From the IMG/VR virus record IMGVR_UViG_3300034071_001673: 64,000 bases of DNA; one strand, 5' to 3'. A program made the position numbers and the translations under genes. How positions within the stretch are numbered: the stretch's first letter is position 1; each line of letters begins with the position of its first letter. This document shows, piece by piece, positions 20,901 to 29,028 of this stretch. The notes beneath the pieces are model-generated. The model was given only the letters and a program-made list of their open reading frames with translations. It did no database searches and was not told the DNA's origin. The DNA is from an uncultured virus (IMG/VR IMGVR_UViG_3300034071_001673) (taxonomy: Duplodnaviria > Heunggongvirae > Uroviricota > Caudoviricetes).

Positions 20901-22323
20901 CAACTACATTCAAATTGAATGCAAGAGTTTCACCAGCACGAACATAAAGTGTTGGATCGTCAACGATTGAGCCATATTGATCGAATCTGTATGCTGATGT
21001 TCCGCTAGAGGTCACATCAAATCTTGTTACAGCAGGTTGATAGTCTGCATTGGCTTGAGCATATGCAGCGTTTGCAACATCATAAATTCCATTAGCGTGA
21101 GCATAAACACCATTCGCTTGTGCATAGGCACCATTGGCTTGCGCATAAGCACCATTTGCCTGAGCGTATGCGCCATTTGCCTGAGCGTAAGCCCCATTAG
21201 CCTGTGCATAAGCGCCGTTGGCTTGTAAGTATGCACCATTTGCTGTTGTTCTAGCATTATTGGCTTGCTCGTAAGCATTTGCTGCTTGAGCAGTAACATT
21301 TAATCCAGCTGTTGTTGAGAATGTTCCAGCATAAATGGTATTGACGCCAGTTATGTCGCCACTTGCACCAGTTGTAACAATATTGCCAGTGACAACAAGA
21401 CCGCCTGAACTGATGTTCAGCTGACCAGTCATTGTATCGCCAGCTTTTAGAACTCTCGTGTTTGCATTATCGCTTGCTGCATTTGCTTGCGCATACGCTC
21501 CGTTTGCTTGGGCGTAAGCACCGTTAGCCTGAGCATATGCTCCGTTTGCTTGCGCAAATGCACCATTGGCTTGAGAATAGGCTCCGTTTGCTTGAGCATA
21601 GGCACCATTGGCTTGTGCATACGCTCCGTTGGCTTGAGCATATGCGCCCAAAGAAGAATCTAGTGCATAATATACGCCATTGCCATCCGACCACTTCCAT
21701 TGATCAGTGCTTTCATCCCACTTAAGAACAGCATTTGTCATTGATCCACGATTGATCGTTATGAACGAGTCAAGTAATGGTGGACCAGTTACATTTGAAT
21801 TGAGAATAATTTCATTGTCTTCGAGTGACAATGTTTCAACATTAAGTGTTGTTGTATTACCGAGAACTTCGAGGTTTCCAGTTACAGTAAGACTTCCTGT
21901 AATTGTACCGCCACCAAGACCGAGTTTTAAGTTGGCTTCAGCATATGCAGCATTTGCTTGGTCTAGAACGTTTAAGCCACCACTAACAAATGATGTTGTA
22001 GCAATAAATGTATTTGTTAAAAGACTGTTTGCTTGTGCTGATAGTATAGAGTCGCCGATGTATACAGTGTTACCACCAAAGTATGCATCTTTGTATCGAT
22101 AAGTTGGACTACCAAGATTGTATGTATTATTGACAGACGGAATTACGTTTTGCGTAATAATTGTCGCAGCAACATTTAAGTTGCCTGTCATCGTTGAGCC
22201 TGATCTATAAACGACTGTGTTTATAAGATCTAGAATATCGTTTGCATATAGATCGCCGACTCTCGTCACTTTGCCGAAAGTAACCTTACCGATCTGATTA
22301 TTATTCGTAATCGTTATCTTCAT
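14911..22323 (-). CDS. Giant heptad-repeat (AYAQANG/ARDTAND) coiled-coil fibre with interspersed globular domains
   Basis: 2470 aa with long 7-aa periodic tracts, three LNVETL.(L/I)EDNEIILNS...KWDE..QWKW domains and two cupredoxin-like domains. Confidence 0.75.
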   Translation of the reverse strand: MKITITNNNQIGKVTFGKVTRVGDLYANDILDLINTVVYRSGSTMTGNLNVAATIITQNVIPSVNNTYNLGSPTYRYKDAYFGGNTVYIGDSILSAQANSLLTNTFIATTSFVSGGLNVLDQANAAYAEANLKLGLGGGTITGSLTVTGNLEVLGNTTTLNVETLSLEDNEIILNSNVTGPPLLDSFITINRGSMTNAVLKWDESTDQWKWSDGNGVYYALDSSLGAYAQANGAYAQANGAYAQANGAYSQANGAFAQANGAYAQANGAYAQANGAYAQANAASDNANTRVLKAGDTMTGQLNISSGGLVVTGNIVTTGASGDITGVNTIYAGTFSTTAGLNVTAQAANAYEQANNARTTANGAYLQANGAYAQANGAYAQANGAYAQANGAYAQANGAYAQANGVYAHANGIYDVANAAYAQANADYQPAVTRFDVTSSGTSAYRFDQYGSIVDDPTLYVRAGETLAFNLNVVGHPFMIRQSNGGANYNTGLTHVETTGVISTGASAQGKTTGVLYWKVPFELQGNTYVYQCQVHSAMVGNIVIEPPSTIIYAQANVAFDTANGAYSQANGAYSQANGAYAQANGAYAQANGAYAQANSAYAHANIVYAQANASFDQANTARTTANDAYEQANTARSTANDSYAQANTARDTGNNAYAQANTARDTANDSYAQANTARDTGNNAYLQANTARDTGNNAYAQANTARDTGNDAYSQANTARNTANDAYLQANNAYAEANIKLNISGGSITGDLIVSGNLEVLGNSTTLNVETLAIEDNEIILNSNVTGSPTLDGFITINRGSNTNASIKWDENTNQWKWTDGDTFFYAFDSALDAYAQANTARDQANTARETGNDAYGQANTARTTANDAYLQANTARDQANTARDTGNNAYAQANTALDTANGAYAQANGAYAQANGAYAQANLAFGQANGAYAQANGAYAHANIVYAQANAAFNQANTGNDSANAAYAQANTARDTGNNAYGQANTARTTANDAYAQANTALDTANGAYAQANGAYAHANIVYAQANTARDTANAAYGQANGAFDQANAAYNQANTARTTANDAYGQANSAFNQANAAYDKANTALDTANGAYAQANGAYAHANIVYAQANNAYDTANLKLNIAGGTINGSLNVSGNLSITGNTTYYNVATYAVDDPLIYLGANNILNDIVDIGFIATKNTSGNLSHTGFARDAGDATWYLFDNLLDSGHQNNIVDFANTTLATLRANIAANSILLMGNVVATQANLTLAHNQANTANNTANGAYSQANGAYAHANIVYAQANAAFNQANAAYDKANGAFDTANGAYSQANGAYAHANIVYAQANAAYDNANTRVLKSGDTMTGNLNVSAFIITNNVQPNLNVTYDLGSPTKRYKNLYLSNNALHLGDAVITSNGSTLVVSGVEIDGSGNLIAAFDSYDQANTARDTANAAYNQANGAFNQANGAYAHANIVYAQANAAYDQANTARGTANDAYAQANTARDTGNNAYAQANTARDTANDAYGQANTARTTANDSYNQANTARTTANDAYGQANTARGTANDAYGQANAAYLQANNAYDEANLKVNISGGTISGDLVVSGNLSVLGNSTTLNVETLKIEDNEIILNSNVTGSPTLDSFITINRGSSTNAVIKWDENTDQWKWSDGDTFFYAFDSALDAYAQANTARATANDAYGQANVARATANDSYLQANTARDTANASYDQANTARTTANDAYGQANTARTTANDSYAQANTARNTANDSYAQANTARTTANDAYAQANTARTTANDSYAQANTARNTANDSYAQANTARATANDAYGQANAAYNTANTANATANLAYAQANSNYQPAVTRLNVTNSGFSAYLLDQYPGNNPTVYVRGGETLAFDLNVSGHPFMIRQSSGGANYNTGLTHVSSTGVVSTDGSAQGQVSGTLYWKVPYNIVGNTYVYQCSIHGGMVGNIVIEPSVIVAYAQANAAFDTANGAYAHANIVYAQANAAYNDANGAYAQANGAYAQANGAYSQANGAYAQANGAYAQANIVYAQANAAYEKANAPITVKEIYAGNSTVVNTYTNINTIQFDSDSGMAVVNAASNTVTIQLNSTFKNWNVDGNAGLVAVGLDTVNFIAGSGISIAANNNASPKSITFTSTGGGGGAANVIVKDEGTTLTSAVTSIDFTGGGVTATASGSNVTISVPVGLSNTIIKTVSYTSTNAAANLTYALPLTPSDPSYIFVIKNGIVLTPNTDYSLSGNTLTVIESGAANDAIEVRYFDQVNIVEYPNTKIEVDSNTVASQTNTFYVTSNVAAISRLSISKNGLLLTPNLHFTVTGNTVTLNTAAEINDVLTFTHIRDLGPLEGSGLTEYNYNTSTSSVETVDSWSKNTYRSGKYQVQVESGAGYYATEIMIIHDDSTTNLIQYGTSSFGSNVGVFSSDISGSNVRLLFTATDSTSFVTYNRVLLTKRSSESLPTDLMTGSDAYDLMLTLPFNPTDLN

Positions 22324-22655
22324 TATCTGGACACCTGTGGTGTCACAGTTAGAATACCTTCTACGACTCGAGTTGTTATGTTATCTGTATCAGTCATCTT
22401 TACGTCATAAAGATAACGACCTGCTCTAATGTTTGCAGTGACTGCTGAATTTAAAGACATGATTAGATTTCCACCTGTATTACTTAAAGTGGTAATTGTC
22501 AGATTTGCAGTTACATTGGAAGAATAATAAGATTTGCGAACTTGACCCAAGAAAACGCACCCTGCGATATTGATCGCAGCGCCATCATCGCCAACTAAAT
22601 CTATAGAAGTTTCGAAAGTTGTGCCCTGATCAACCGTTAACTCTGCGTATGGCAT
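22323..22655 (-). CDS. Conserved T4-like virion structural protein (BppU-like)
   Basis: DQG..F...GRYLYDV...TRVVEG..TVTPQV pattern. Translationally coupled to the giant fibre. Confidence 0.6.
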   Translation of the reverse strand: MPYAELTVDQGTTFETSIDLVGDDGAAINIAGCVFLGQVRKSYYSSNVTANLTITTLSNTGGNLIMSLNSAVTANIRAGRYLYDVKMTDTDNITTRVVEGILTVTPQVSR

Positions 22656-22680
22656 GAAAATTCTCTATGAACTATGTTTT

Positions 22681-23628
22681 TTATTCAGAATCGCCTACTT
22701 CCCAGTCAATATCGATGCTTGGTTTAATCACTCGGGTTATGGCACGTTCTTCTATTTTCTTATTTATATAATTCACGCCAGAGTAGACTCGGTATTCCTC
22801 GAGTAAATCGTCCTCGAGAGAGTCTAAAAATGCTCTAAATTCAATTTCTGATCTACGTTTTCTCTCTTCAATGATCTCTAAAGGAACAACAGGTTTAAAG
22901 TCCTGCTTTGATGTATGTTCATTAGATCCTTTATAGTGATAGCACGACATCCTCTTTCCGTGGAAAAATCGATATCCTGCAGCAAACGATGAGAGAGTTA
23001 TCGCTTGCTCCTCTCCATGAAAGAATATTCTAGGATTGATTCCGACATTTCGAACCCAATCAGAGTGTGTAAACATATTTCCAGCAAAGATGTGTATCGC
23101 TGGCATCACGGTTTCAGTTGGAGGAATATGTTCGCCGTGAGCAAAAAGCCAAAGATTTGGATTAAACTGATAGAATCTTGCTCTGCATGTATAGTCCATG
23201 CCATGCTCTAAAACGACATTACCATCGACCATCTCGAAATTTTTACAGTTCGAACTGATAATGACTCTGTTTGACTCGATCGCTCTACAGCCTTCTTTAT
23301 AATCGTTAATTAAATCGCGATCCCAATTCTTATCGAAAACCATGTGAGAGTCGATCTGATAATAAAAATCCTCGTCAGTTAACTGGAGAGCATTAATATT
23401 TCGAGCCCAACCAACACCTTCCGAGTATTGTGGATCGATTCGTTTATATTTTACATCGCTTCTGGCGACTAGATCTGGAAATAGAGTTTCTAAACTATTT
23501 TCTTTTTCATTTTGTTCAAATATGCCGTACACAACTTCTGTAATTGCAGACTTGGTCTGCATTAATGCTTTTAGAGTGTATACTAACAGAGGGTCTCTGT
23601 ATGAGCATATGCTTACAAATATCTTCAT
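22681..23628 (-). CDS. Glycosyltransferase, Gnt1/GT60-like (Skp1-hydroxyproline GlcNAc transferase family)
   Basis: IFVSICSYRDP, QIDSHMVF..NWD and FHGEE motifs. Confidence 0.75.
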   Translation of the reverse strand: MKIFVSICSYRDPLLVYTLKALMQTKSAITEVVYGIFEQNEKENSLETLFPDLVARSDVKYKRIDPQYSEGVGWARNINALQLTDEDFYYQIDSHMVFDKNWDRDLINDYKEGCRAIESNRVIISSNCKNFEMVDGNVVLEHGMDYTCRARFYQFNPNLWLFAHGEHIPPTETVMPAIHIFAGNMFTHSDWVRNVGINPRIFFHGEEQAITLSSFAAGYRFFHGKRMSCYHYKGSNEHTSKQDFKPVVPLEIIEERKRRSEIEFRAFLDSLEDDLLEEYRVYSGVNYINKKIEERAITRVIKPSIDIDWEVGDSE

Positions 23629-24443
23629 TCTTTATTGCTTTCTTCTAGTGCGAAACTCTTTTTAATCATATGATTCTTTCGATAAAATTGCGTTTCGTGG
23701 ATTTTAGGATCGTATGATAATATGCTTTTTTGTTCTATGTTTGGTGGTCCATAACCACATTCAATTTGTTTATTATAAAACGGAATGACGTGTAATAAAG
23801 GATCTCCCGCTTTAATCGTATACTCACACTTTCTTTTTGGAGAAAGAATGACATTCATAGTATGAAATGTATTATAATCAACAACTCCAGGATAAACATA
23901 AAAATTATCTAAAAACTCTACGTCTGCATGATACCAAGCAGGAAGAAGTAATGCTGATATATCTTTGTCGTAAGAAAATATTTTCCAAGGAGAATTGATA
24001 TTATATGTTTTAAGTGGAATTCCGTCGCTTAATTTAAAAAGACCATCGACAACATCAGTTGCCATCGGAACTGGAGGCTTAAATGGAGATGCTTTTTGTC
24101 CCCCACCAACTAATGCAGCACATCCAGCTTTATTTATCTTAAAATGATAGTCTGACCAGGCTGGAACAATGTAGCCAAGTCGCGAATAGTCAAACATGCC
24201 AGGGCAGACTGGAAATGTGAACTTATTTCCGAGCTTTTCTACATGTGCTTGCGAGTTTACAGGAACATCTTTTGCTAATTGAATTGGTAAACTAGCAAAT
24301 ACGAGTTCTGATGAATCGATAAATTCTAACTTGTTTCTACCAATAGTCGATTGAACAACAGAAGTGTTTGAGATTTCCTTAATCTCATCGTCAATCGAAT
24401 CATTAAATGTTTCTTTAGGTTTAAAAAAATCAAAAAATTTCAT
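23625..24443 (-). CDS. Hypothetical protein, DUF6065-like (dUTPase-like fold suspected)
   Basis: CPGMFDY..LGYIVP, PGVVDY and IKAGDPLLHVIPF motifs. Paralogue of the next gene. Confidence 0.5.
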   Translation of the reverse strand: MKFFDFFKPKETFNDSIDDEIKEISNTSVVQSTIGRNKLEFIDSSELVFASLPIQLAKDVPVNSQAHVEKLGNKFTFPVCPGMFDYSRLGYIVPAWSDYHFKINKAGCAALVGGGQKASPFKPPVPMATDVVDGLFKLSDGIPLKTYNINSPWKIFSYDKDISALLLPAWYHADVEFLDNFYVYPGVVDYNTFHTMNVILSPKRKCEYTIKAGDPLLHVIPFYNKQIECGYGPPNIEQKSILSYDPKIHETQFYRKNHMIKKSFALEESNKE

Positions 24444-25168
24444 CGTTCATCTCTCAATTCATTTGTGTATACATTTTTTCTGGTCACTTGTTTCTTTCGA
24501 ATCAATTCAATCTCATTAAATTCTTTATCTTTAATTTTTCTGACTTTTGGTTTTTTCGGAAATGAATTTCTCTTAATTGGGATTGCAGTCACCAGAGGAG
24601 TTCCTGCACGAATTAATCCATCAAAACCAGGCTGATTCCAAATTGCTGGAAAATTAACTTCCTTTGGATATCTATCAGTGTCAACTAATCCACCCAAACA
24701 AGTAAATGGAGTTCCAACATGATTAATTGGAGGAATAAACAATGTCGACCAGCCTGGAGCAGTCTTAATAATCCAATAATTGATAAACTTGATCGGATTG
24801 ATTGGAAATCCTGGGGCTGACTCTCCACCAATTTGTTCAACGTTATGGCTATCTGCCAATTTCATTTCTGGTGGGCTTGTATACTTCATTTCTGTCATAT
24901 CGTTATTGACCATGACATGAATATCACCACACAATGGTATTGTATATCCCAAAGACATTGCATCAATCATTGGGAAACACTTTTTAGCATTCATCGCAAA
25001 GTCATTGTATTCATCTCTCCGAGTCTTTGAAACTGGAGGAATAATTCTAAACCACTCAGGCAAATATTTGATTGCTGGCTTTGGTTCAGGAATGACATTC
25101 TCAAACTTTGGGTGACAGTAAAATTCAATCACATCATTTTTAAAAACACGAATCAATTTGTTTAGCAT
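24440..25168 (-). CDS. Hypothetical protein, DUF6065-like
   Basis: KKCFPMIDAMSLGYTIP, GLVDTD and IRAGTPLVTAIPIKR motifs. Confidence 0.55.
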   Translation of the reverse strand: MLNKLIRVFKNDVIEFYCHPKFENVIPEPKPAIKYLPEWFRIIPPVSKTRRDEYNDFAMNAKKCFPMIDAMSLGYTIPLCGDIHVMVNNDMTEMKYTSPPEMKLADSHNVEQIGGESAPGFPINPIKFINYWIIKTAPGWSTLFIPPINHVGTPFTCLGGLVDTDRYPKEVNFPAIWNQPGFDGLIRAGTPLVTAIPIKRNSFPKKPKVRKIKDKEFNEIELIRKKQVTRKNVYTNELRDER

Positions 25169-25752
25169 ACTCTTTTACCCATAATCCAAGCAACCAAAGA
25201 TTTACGAACTCCAGATTTAACTGGCGCAACTCTATGCGGCATCCAAGAAGCAAAGAATATTACAGAACCTTTTGGTGGTTTTATTGAGTGCGGTTTTTCT
25301 ATATTTCCATCCGCAACAATTTGAAATTCTCCACCAGAATATTTTTTGGGGTCTGATAAAATTACCACTGCACTAATCTTTCGTTCGAAGCCATGAAATT
25401 CTGTGAAGGCATCAAAGTGCCAATTATAATGTTGCTTTGGTTTATACTTGGTGTATTGAAACGCATCAAAACCATCAATATCATACATGAAGTGAGAGTG
25501 GTTTACTTGACCCATCAATGAACCAAATTTATCAAATATCCATCTAGAATCTGGGCTCCATTTCAACCAAGAAATGTCACTGTCGCGATATTGTTTATTA
25601 GTGGTTGTTGATGGACCAGTTCCCATCTTACCCTCACTGAATTCTTGCAATTCTTCAAGATCAATAATTTTATCGACTTCTTCTTCAGTGAAATAATTAT
25701 CAACAATACAAAACTGAGGAAGTGGTTTTATGTACTTTGTGAATGATGGCAT
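25162..25752 (-). CDS. 2OG-Fe(II) oxygenase, prolyl-4-hydroxylase/PKHD-type
   Basis: WHFD (HxD), YSGGEF, and PHRVAPVKSGVRKSLVAW (distal His and 2OG-binding Arg). Confidence 0.85.
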   Translation of the reverse strand: MPSFTKYIKPLPQFCIVDNYFTEEEVDKIIDLEELQEFSEGKMGTGPSTTTNKQYRDSDISWLKWSPDSRWIFDKFGSLMGQVNHSHFMYDIDGFDAFQYTKYKPKQHYNWHFDAFTEFHGFERKISAVVILSDPKKYSGGEFQIVADGNIEKPHSIKPPKGSVIFFASWMPHRVAPVKSGVRKSLVAWIMGKRVC

Positions 25753-25806
25753 AATATAACTCCAAGATTTAAATCATTATACTACAATCTATAAAAAATT
25801 TCAAGT

Positions 25807-27756
25807 TTATTCAATCTTCACTACTATGTATGCACCTGTTGGAACAGTGACTGGATAGGTCGCATTATCTGGATAGTCCCAATAATTCACTACAGTTTCT
25901 GGAACATATGGAGCAACGCCAGCAACACCGCCTGGGAAGTATACACCAAGAACAGTTGTTGGTGTTCCAGGAACTCCTGGAGTAAATGGATACACTGTTG
26001 GATTTGTTGTTCCTGGCACAGTATTATAACTTGCAGGGACGAATGGATACACTGTTGGATTTGTTGTTCCTGGCACAGTATTATAACTTGCAGGCACGAA
26101 TGGATACGACGGTGGATTTGTCGTTCCTGGAACCGTGTTATAACTTGCAGGAACGAATGGATAATTGGTTGGATTTAAGTTTCCTGATACTGTGTTATAC
26201 GATGCTGGTGTATACGGATAATTGGTTGGATTTGTTGTCCCAGGAACAGTATTGTAAGACGCTGGTGTGTATGGATAAGTTGGTGGATTGCTGTTACCAG
26301 GAACCGTATTATACGATGCAGGAGTAAACGGATAATTAGTCGGATTCAAGTTACCAGGAACTGTATTATAACTTTCTGGAGTATATGGATACACTGTCGG
26401 ATTTACATTTCCTGGAACAGTGTTATAACTTGCAGGAACATAAGGATAGTTCGTTGGATTTAAGTTTCCAGGAACTGTATTATACGATGCTGGTGTGTAT
26501 GGATAATTGGTTGGATTTAAATTGCCAGGAACAGTGTTATAACTTGCAGGAACATAAGGATAGTTCGTTGGATTTAAATTTCCTGGGACTGTATTGTACG
26601 ATGCAGGGGTAAACGGATAATTGGTTGGATTTACATTTCCTGGAACTGTATTATACGACGCAGGTGTATATGGATAATTGGTAACTGTGTTATAACTCGC
26701 AGGATTTTCAGTATTTCCAGCTGGGAAACATTCATATGTGAATTCGTCTGGACCAAACGGAGTTGGTGTGCTATATGGTGATGGGCAATTTGTATCAAAT
26801 CCGTCACCAATTATTGTTGCAACACCACCGTAACTTGGTCCGATTGCAGTCAAATTCCAACTAACACCTGTTGGTGCGTTATATGAGCCTGGAGTATATG
26901 GATAGTTTGTTACAGTGTTATAACTCTCTGGAGTGTACGGATAATTCGTTGGATTTGTATTTCCAGGAACTGTGTTATAACTTTCTGGGGTATATGGATA
27001 GTTAGTTGGATTAGTATTTCCAGGAACAGTATTATAGGAAGCTGGTGTATATGGATAGTTTGTTGGATTTGTATTTCCAGGAACAGTGTTGTAACTCTCT
27101 GGTGTATATGGATACACTGTTGGATTCAAATTACCAGGAACAGTATTATATGATGCAGGAACGAATGGGTAGTTAGTTGGATTAGTGTTTCCAGGAACTG
27201 TATTGTACGAAGCTGGTGTGTATGGATAATTGGTTGGATTTAAGTTTCCTGGCACTGTATTGTATGATTCAGGAGTAAATGGATAATTTGGCGGATTACT
27301 ATTTCCTGGAACAGTGTTATAACTTTCTGGAGTATATGGATACACTGTTGGATTGGTTGTTCCAGGAACAGTGTTGTAACTATCTGGTGTGTAAGGATAG
27401 TTTGGTGGATTTGTATTTCCAGGCACAGTATTATAACTAGCAGGAACAAAGGGAAACGTTGTAGGATTTGTCGTTCCAGGCACTGTATTATATGATGCTG
27501 GAGTAAACGGATAAGTTGTTGGATTTAAATTTCCAGGAACCGTATTATACGATGCTGGTGTGTATGGAAATGTAGTGGGATTAGTTGTTCCTGGAACAGT
27601 GTTGTATGAAGCACCTGAACCAGAACCACCACGACCTGAAACTGTGGTTTTATTTCTACCATAAGCAATATTAATATTGCCAGTAGTATTGAATGTCGTT
27701 GTTCCTCTGGAAGGACCAGGAATCCAAGTTTTGTTTAAGCCAAAACTATTCGGCAT
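25807..27756 (-). CDS. Pro/Tyr/Thr/Asn-rich repeat structural protein (19-aa repeats around a central unique domain)
   Basis: 649 aa with 24 full ASYNTVPGNxNPTxYPxTP units plus two 13-aa units. Confidence 0.75.
   Translation of the reverse strand: MPNSFGLNKTWIPGPSRGTTTFNTTGNINIAYGRNKTTVSGRGGSGSGASYNTVPGTTNPTTFPYTPASYNTVPGNLNPTTYPFTPASYNTVPGTTNPTTFPFVPASYNTVPGNTNPPNYPYTPDSYNTVPGTTNPTVYPYTPESYNTVPGNSNPPNYPFTPESYNTVPGNLNPTNYPYTPASYNTVPGNTNPTNYPFVPASYNTVPGNLNPTVYPYTPESYNTVPGNTNPTNYPYTPASYNTVPGNTNPTNYPYTPESYNTVPGNTNPTNYPYTPESYNTVTNYPYTPGSYNAPTGVSWNLTAIGPSYGGVATIIGDGFDTNCPSPYSTPTPFGPDEFTYECFPAGNTENPASYNTVTNYPYTPASYNTVPGNVNPTNYPFTPASYNTVPGNLNPTNYPYVPASYNTVPGNLNPTNYPYTPASYNTVPGNLNPTNYPYVPASYNTVPGNVNPTVYPYTPESYNTVPGNLNPTNYPFTPASYNTVPGNSNPPTYPYTPASYNTVPGTTNPTNYPYTPASYNTVSGNLNPTNYPFVPASYNTVPGTTNPPSYPFVPASYNTVPGTTNPTVYPFVPASYNTVPGTTNPTVYPFTPGVPGTPTTVLGVYFPGGVAGVAPYVPETVVNYWDYPDNATYPVTVPTGAYIVVKIE
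25979..27612 (-). repeat. 57-bp degenerate tandem coding repeat (two arrays of 12 units plus one short unit each)
   Basis: Units counted from the translation. Boundaries approximate. Confidence 0.8.
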
Positions 27757-27758
27757 GA

Positions 27759-28802
27759 TTATCTCGCGTCTTTAACAGCAAGTGTGCCAATATATGTTGT
27801 TCCACCATCATATGTGGTAAATGTCCAGATATCCTGTGCGCTTGCGTCAGTTGTTGGCGGAGGAATTTGTCCACCAGCCCAATACACTGTATTTGTCCAA
27901 TTTGGAGTTTTACCGCCTGTTCCATCTTGAATCACAATCATTGTGAACGTATATGCATTGCCAGAAGCAGGAGGATTTGTGAATGTCAAATTACGATTGC
28001 CAGATGATCCTGTCAATGTATACTTGAACCAGTTTGACACATTTAGTCTTACAGTGTTTGCAGAATCAACTGCAGTGTTGATTAGAATTGGATCACCAGC
28101 AAGAACATTACCGCTTGGCGCAGTTGAGTATGTGATTTCGCCAGTTGTTACGTTGTAATACAAACAATTGCCTGCATTTGCAGAAGCAACTGGCATGATG
28201 AATAGAGAATTGCTTCGAAGGTCTAGAACGGGTTGCCAACCAGATTCATATCCTGTTGTTGGTGCTGATGTTCCAACGATTGTACTGACACCAAAAATCG
28301 TACCATTTTTGGTCGGAGAAACATTGTAAGCAGAGTCACCGATGACAACCACTTGAGTTGCATTCTCCTCTTCATTCGCAATGACCATTGTGCCATTGGA
28401 GTGGAAGGTGAATCCGTAATATGGATTATTTGATTTCTGATTTGCAGTATACCAAGTTGCGTTTCCAGCCTCTACAGTATTTGCTGGCTCTTGTGTCATC
28501 TTAATGACAGAAGCAATGTCGCTAGTTCTTAATCCAAACCAGAGTTCTGAGTTTGTTGCAAGAGTATTTGCATTGACCCAACCACCGACAGCAACGTTAC
28601 CAGAGTTTGCGACTGTTAGAACTGTGCCGTTGCTTGAACGGCTGATCGTCATGGTTCCGTTTGCAATGTCAAAAGAAGAATTATCTTTGACATAATGAGC
28701 ATTTCGAAGAATATTTCTATCTTCAATTAAGTCATTAGTTGCTGCACGCCACTCATTAAAGGTGTTCACTAATTGGACATGTGAAATATTTGTGTTCGCC
28801 AT
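27759..28802 (-). CDS. Short fibre / baseplate-attached protein
   Basis: N-terminal NTFNEWR..TN motif, and a C-terminal YWAGG..P...DIWTFTTYDGG domain like that of 7759..9771. Confidence 0.6.
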   Translation of the reverse strand: MANTNISHVQLVNTFNEWRAATNDLIEDRNILRNAHYVKDNSSFDIANGTMTISRSSNGTVLTVANSGNVAVGGWVNANTLATNSELWFGLRTSDIASVIKMTQEPANTVEAGNATWYTANQKSNNPYYGFTFHSNGTMVIANEEENATQVVVIGDSAYNVSPTKNGTIFGVSTIVGTSAPTTGYESGWQPVLDLRSNSLFIMPVASANAGNCLYYNVTTGEITYSTAPSGNVLAGDPILINTAVDSANTVRLNVSNWFKYTLTGSSGNRNLTFTNPPASGNAYTFTMIVIQDGTGGKTPNWTNTVYWAGGQIPPPTTDASAQDIWTFTTYDGGTTYIGTLAVKDAR

Positions 28803-29026
28803 TATTTACCTCTGGAACTCAACATTTCTAGAATCTTAGAAATGTCGCCTTTAATCGAAGATACTTCTTCTCTGAGAGTATTTATTGAGGACTCTACCTC
28901 TTGTTGTTTCTTTAGTTTCTCTTGATACATCTGATCTTTAAGCAAAACGTTTTTATTAACATTCAAGATTGCTCTTGACTTCACATCTCTTGCAAGATCA
29001 TCATTGTCTTTTATCTTAACTAACAT
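28802..29026 (-). CDS. Small conserved T4-like protein (LARD..SRAILN, coiled coil)
   Basis: ORF coupled to its neighbours. The motif is commonly found after VrlC-like genes. Confidence 0.55.
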   Translation of the reverse strand: MLVKIKDNDDLARDVKSRAILNVNKNVLLKDQMYQEKLKKQQEVESSINTLREEVSSIKGDISKILEMLSSRGK

Positions 29027-29028
29027 GA

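Noticed and set aside
25979..27612. 57-bp periodic repeat as a possible CRISPR array
   Set aside because: No unique spacers. Variation is mostly at third codon positions within one open frame.
575..27756. Diversity-generating retroelement or invertase shufflon acting on the adhesins
   Set aside because: No reverse transcriptase, recombinase, adenine-specific TR/VR pair or inverted cassette seen in the window.
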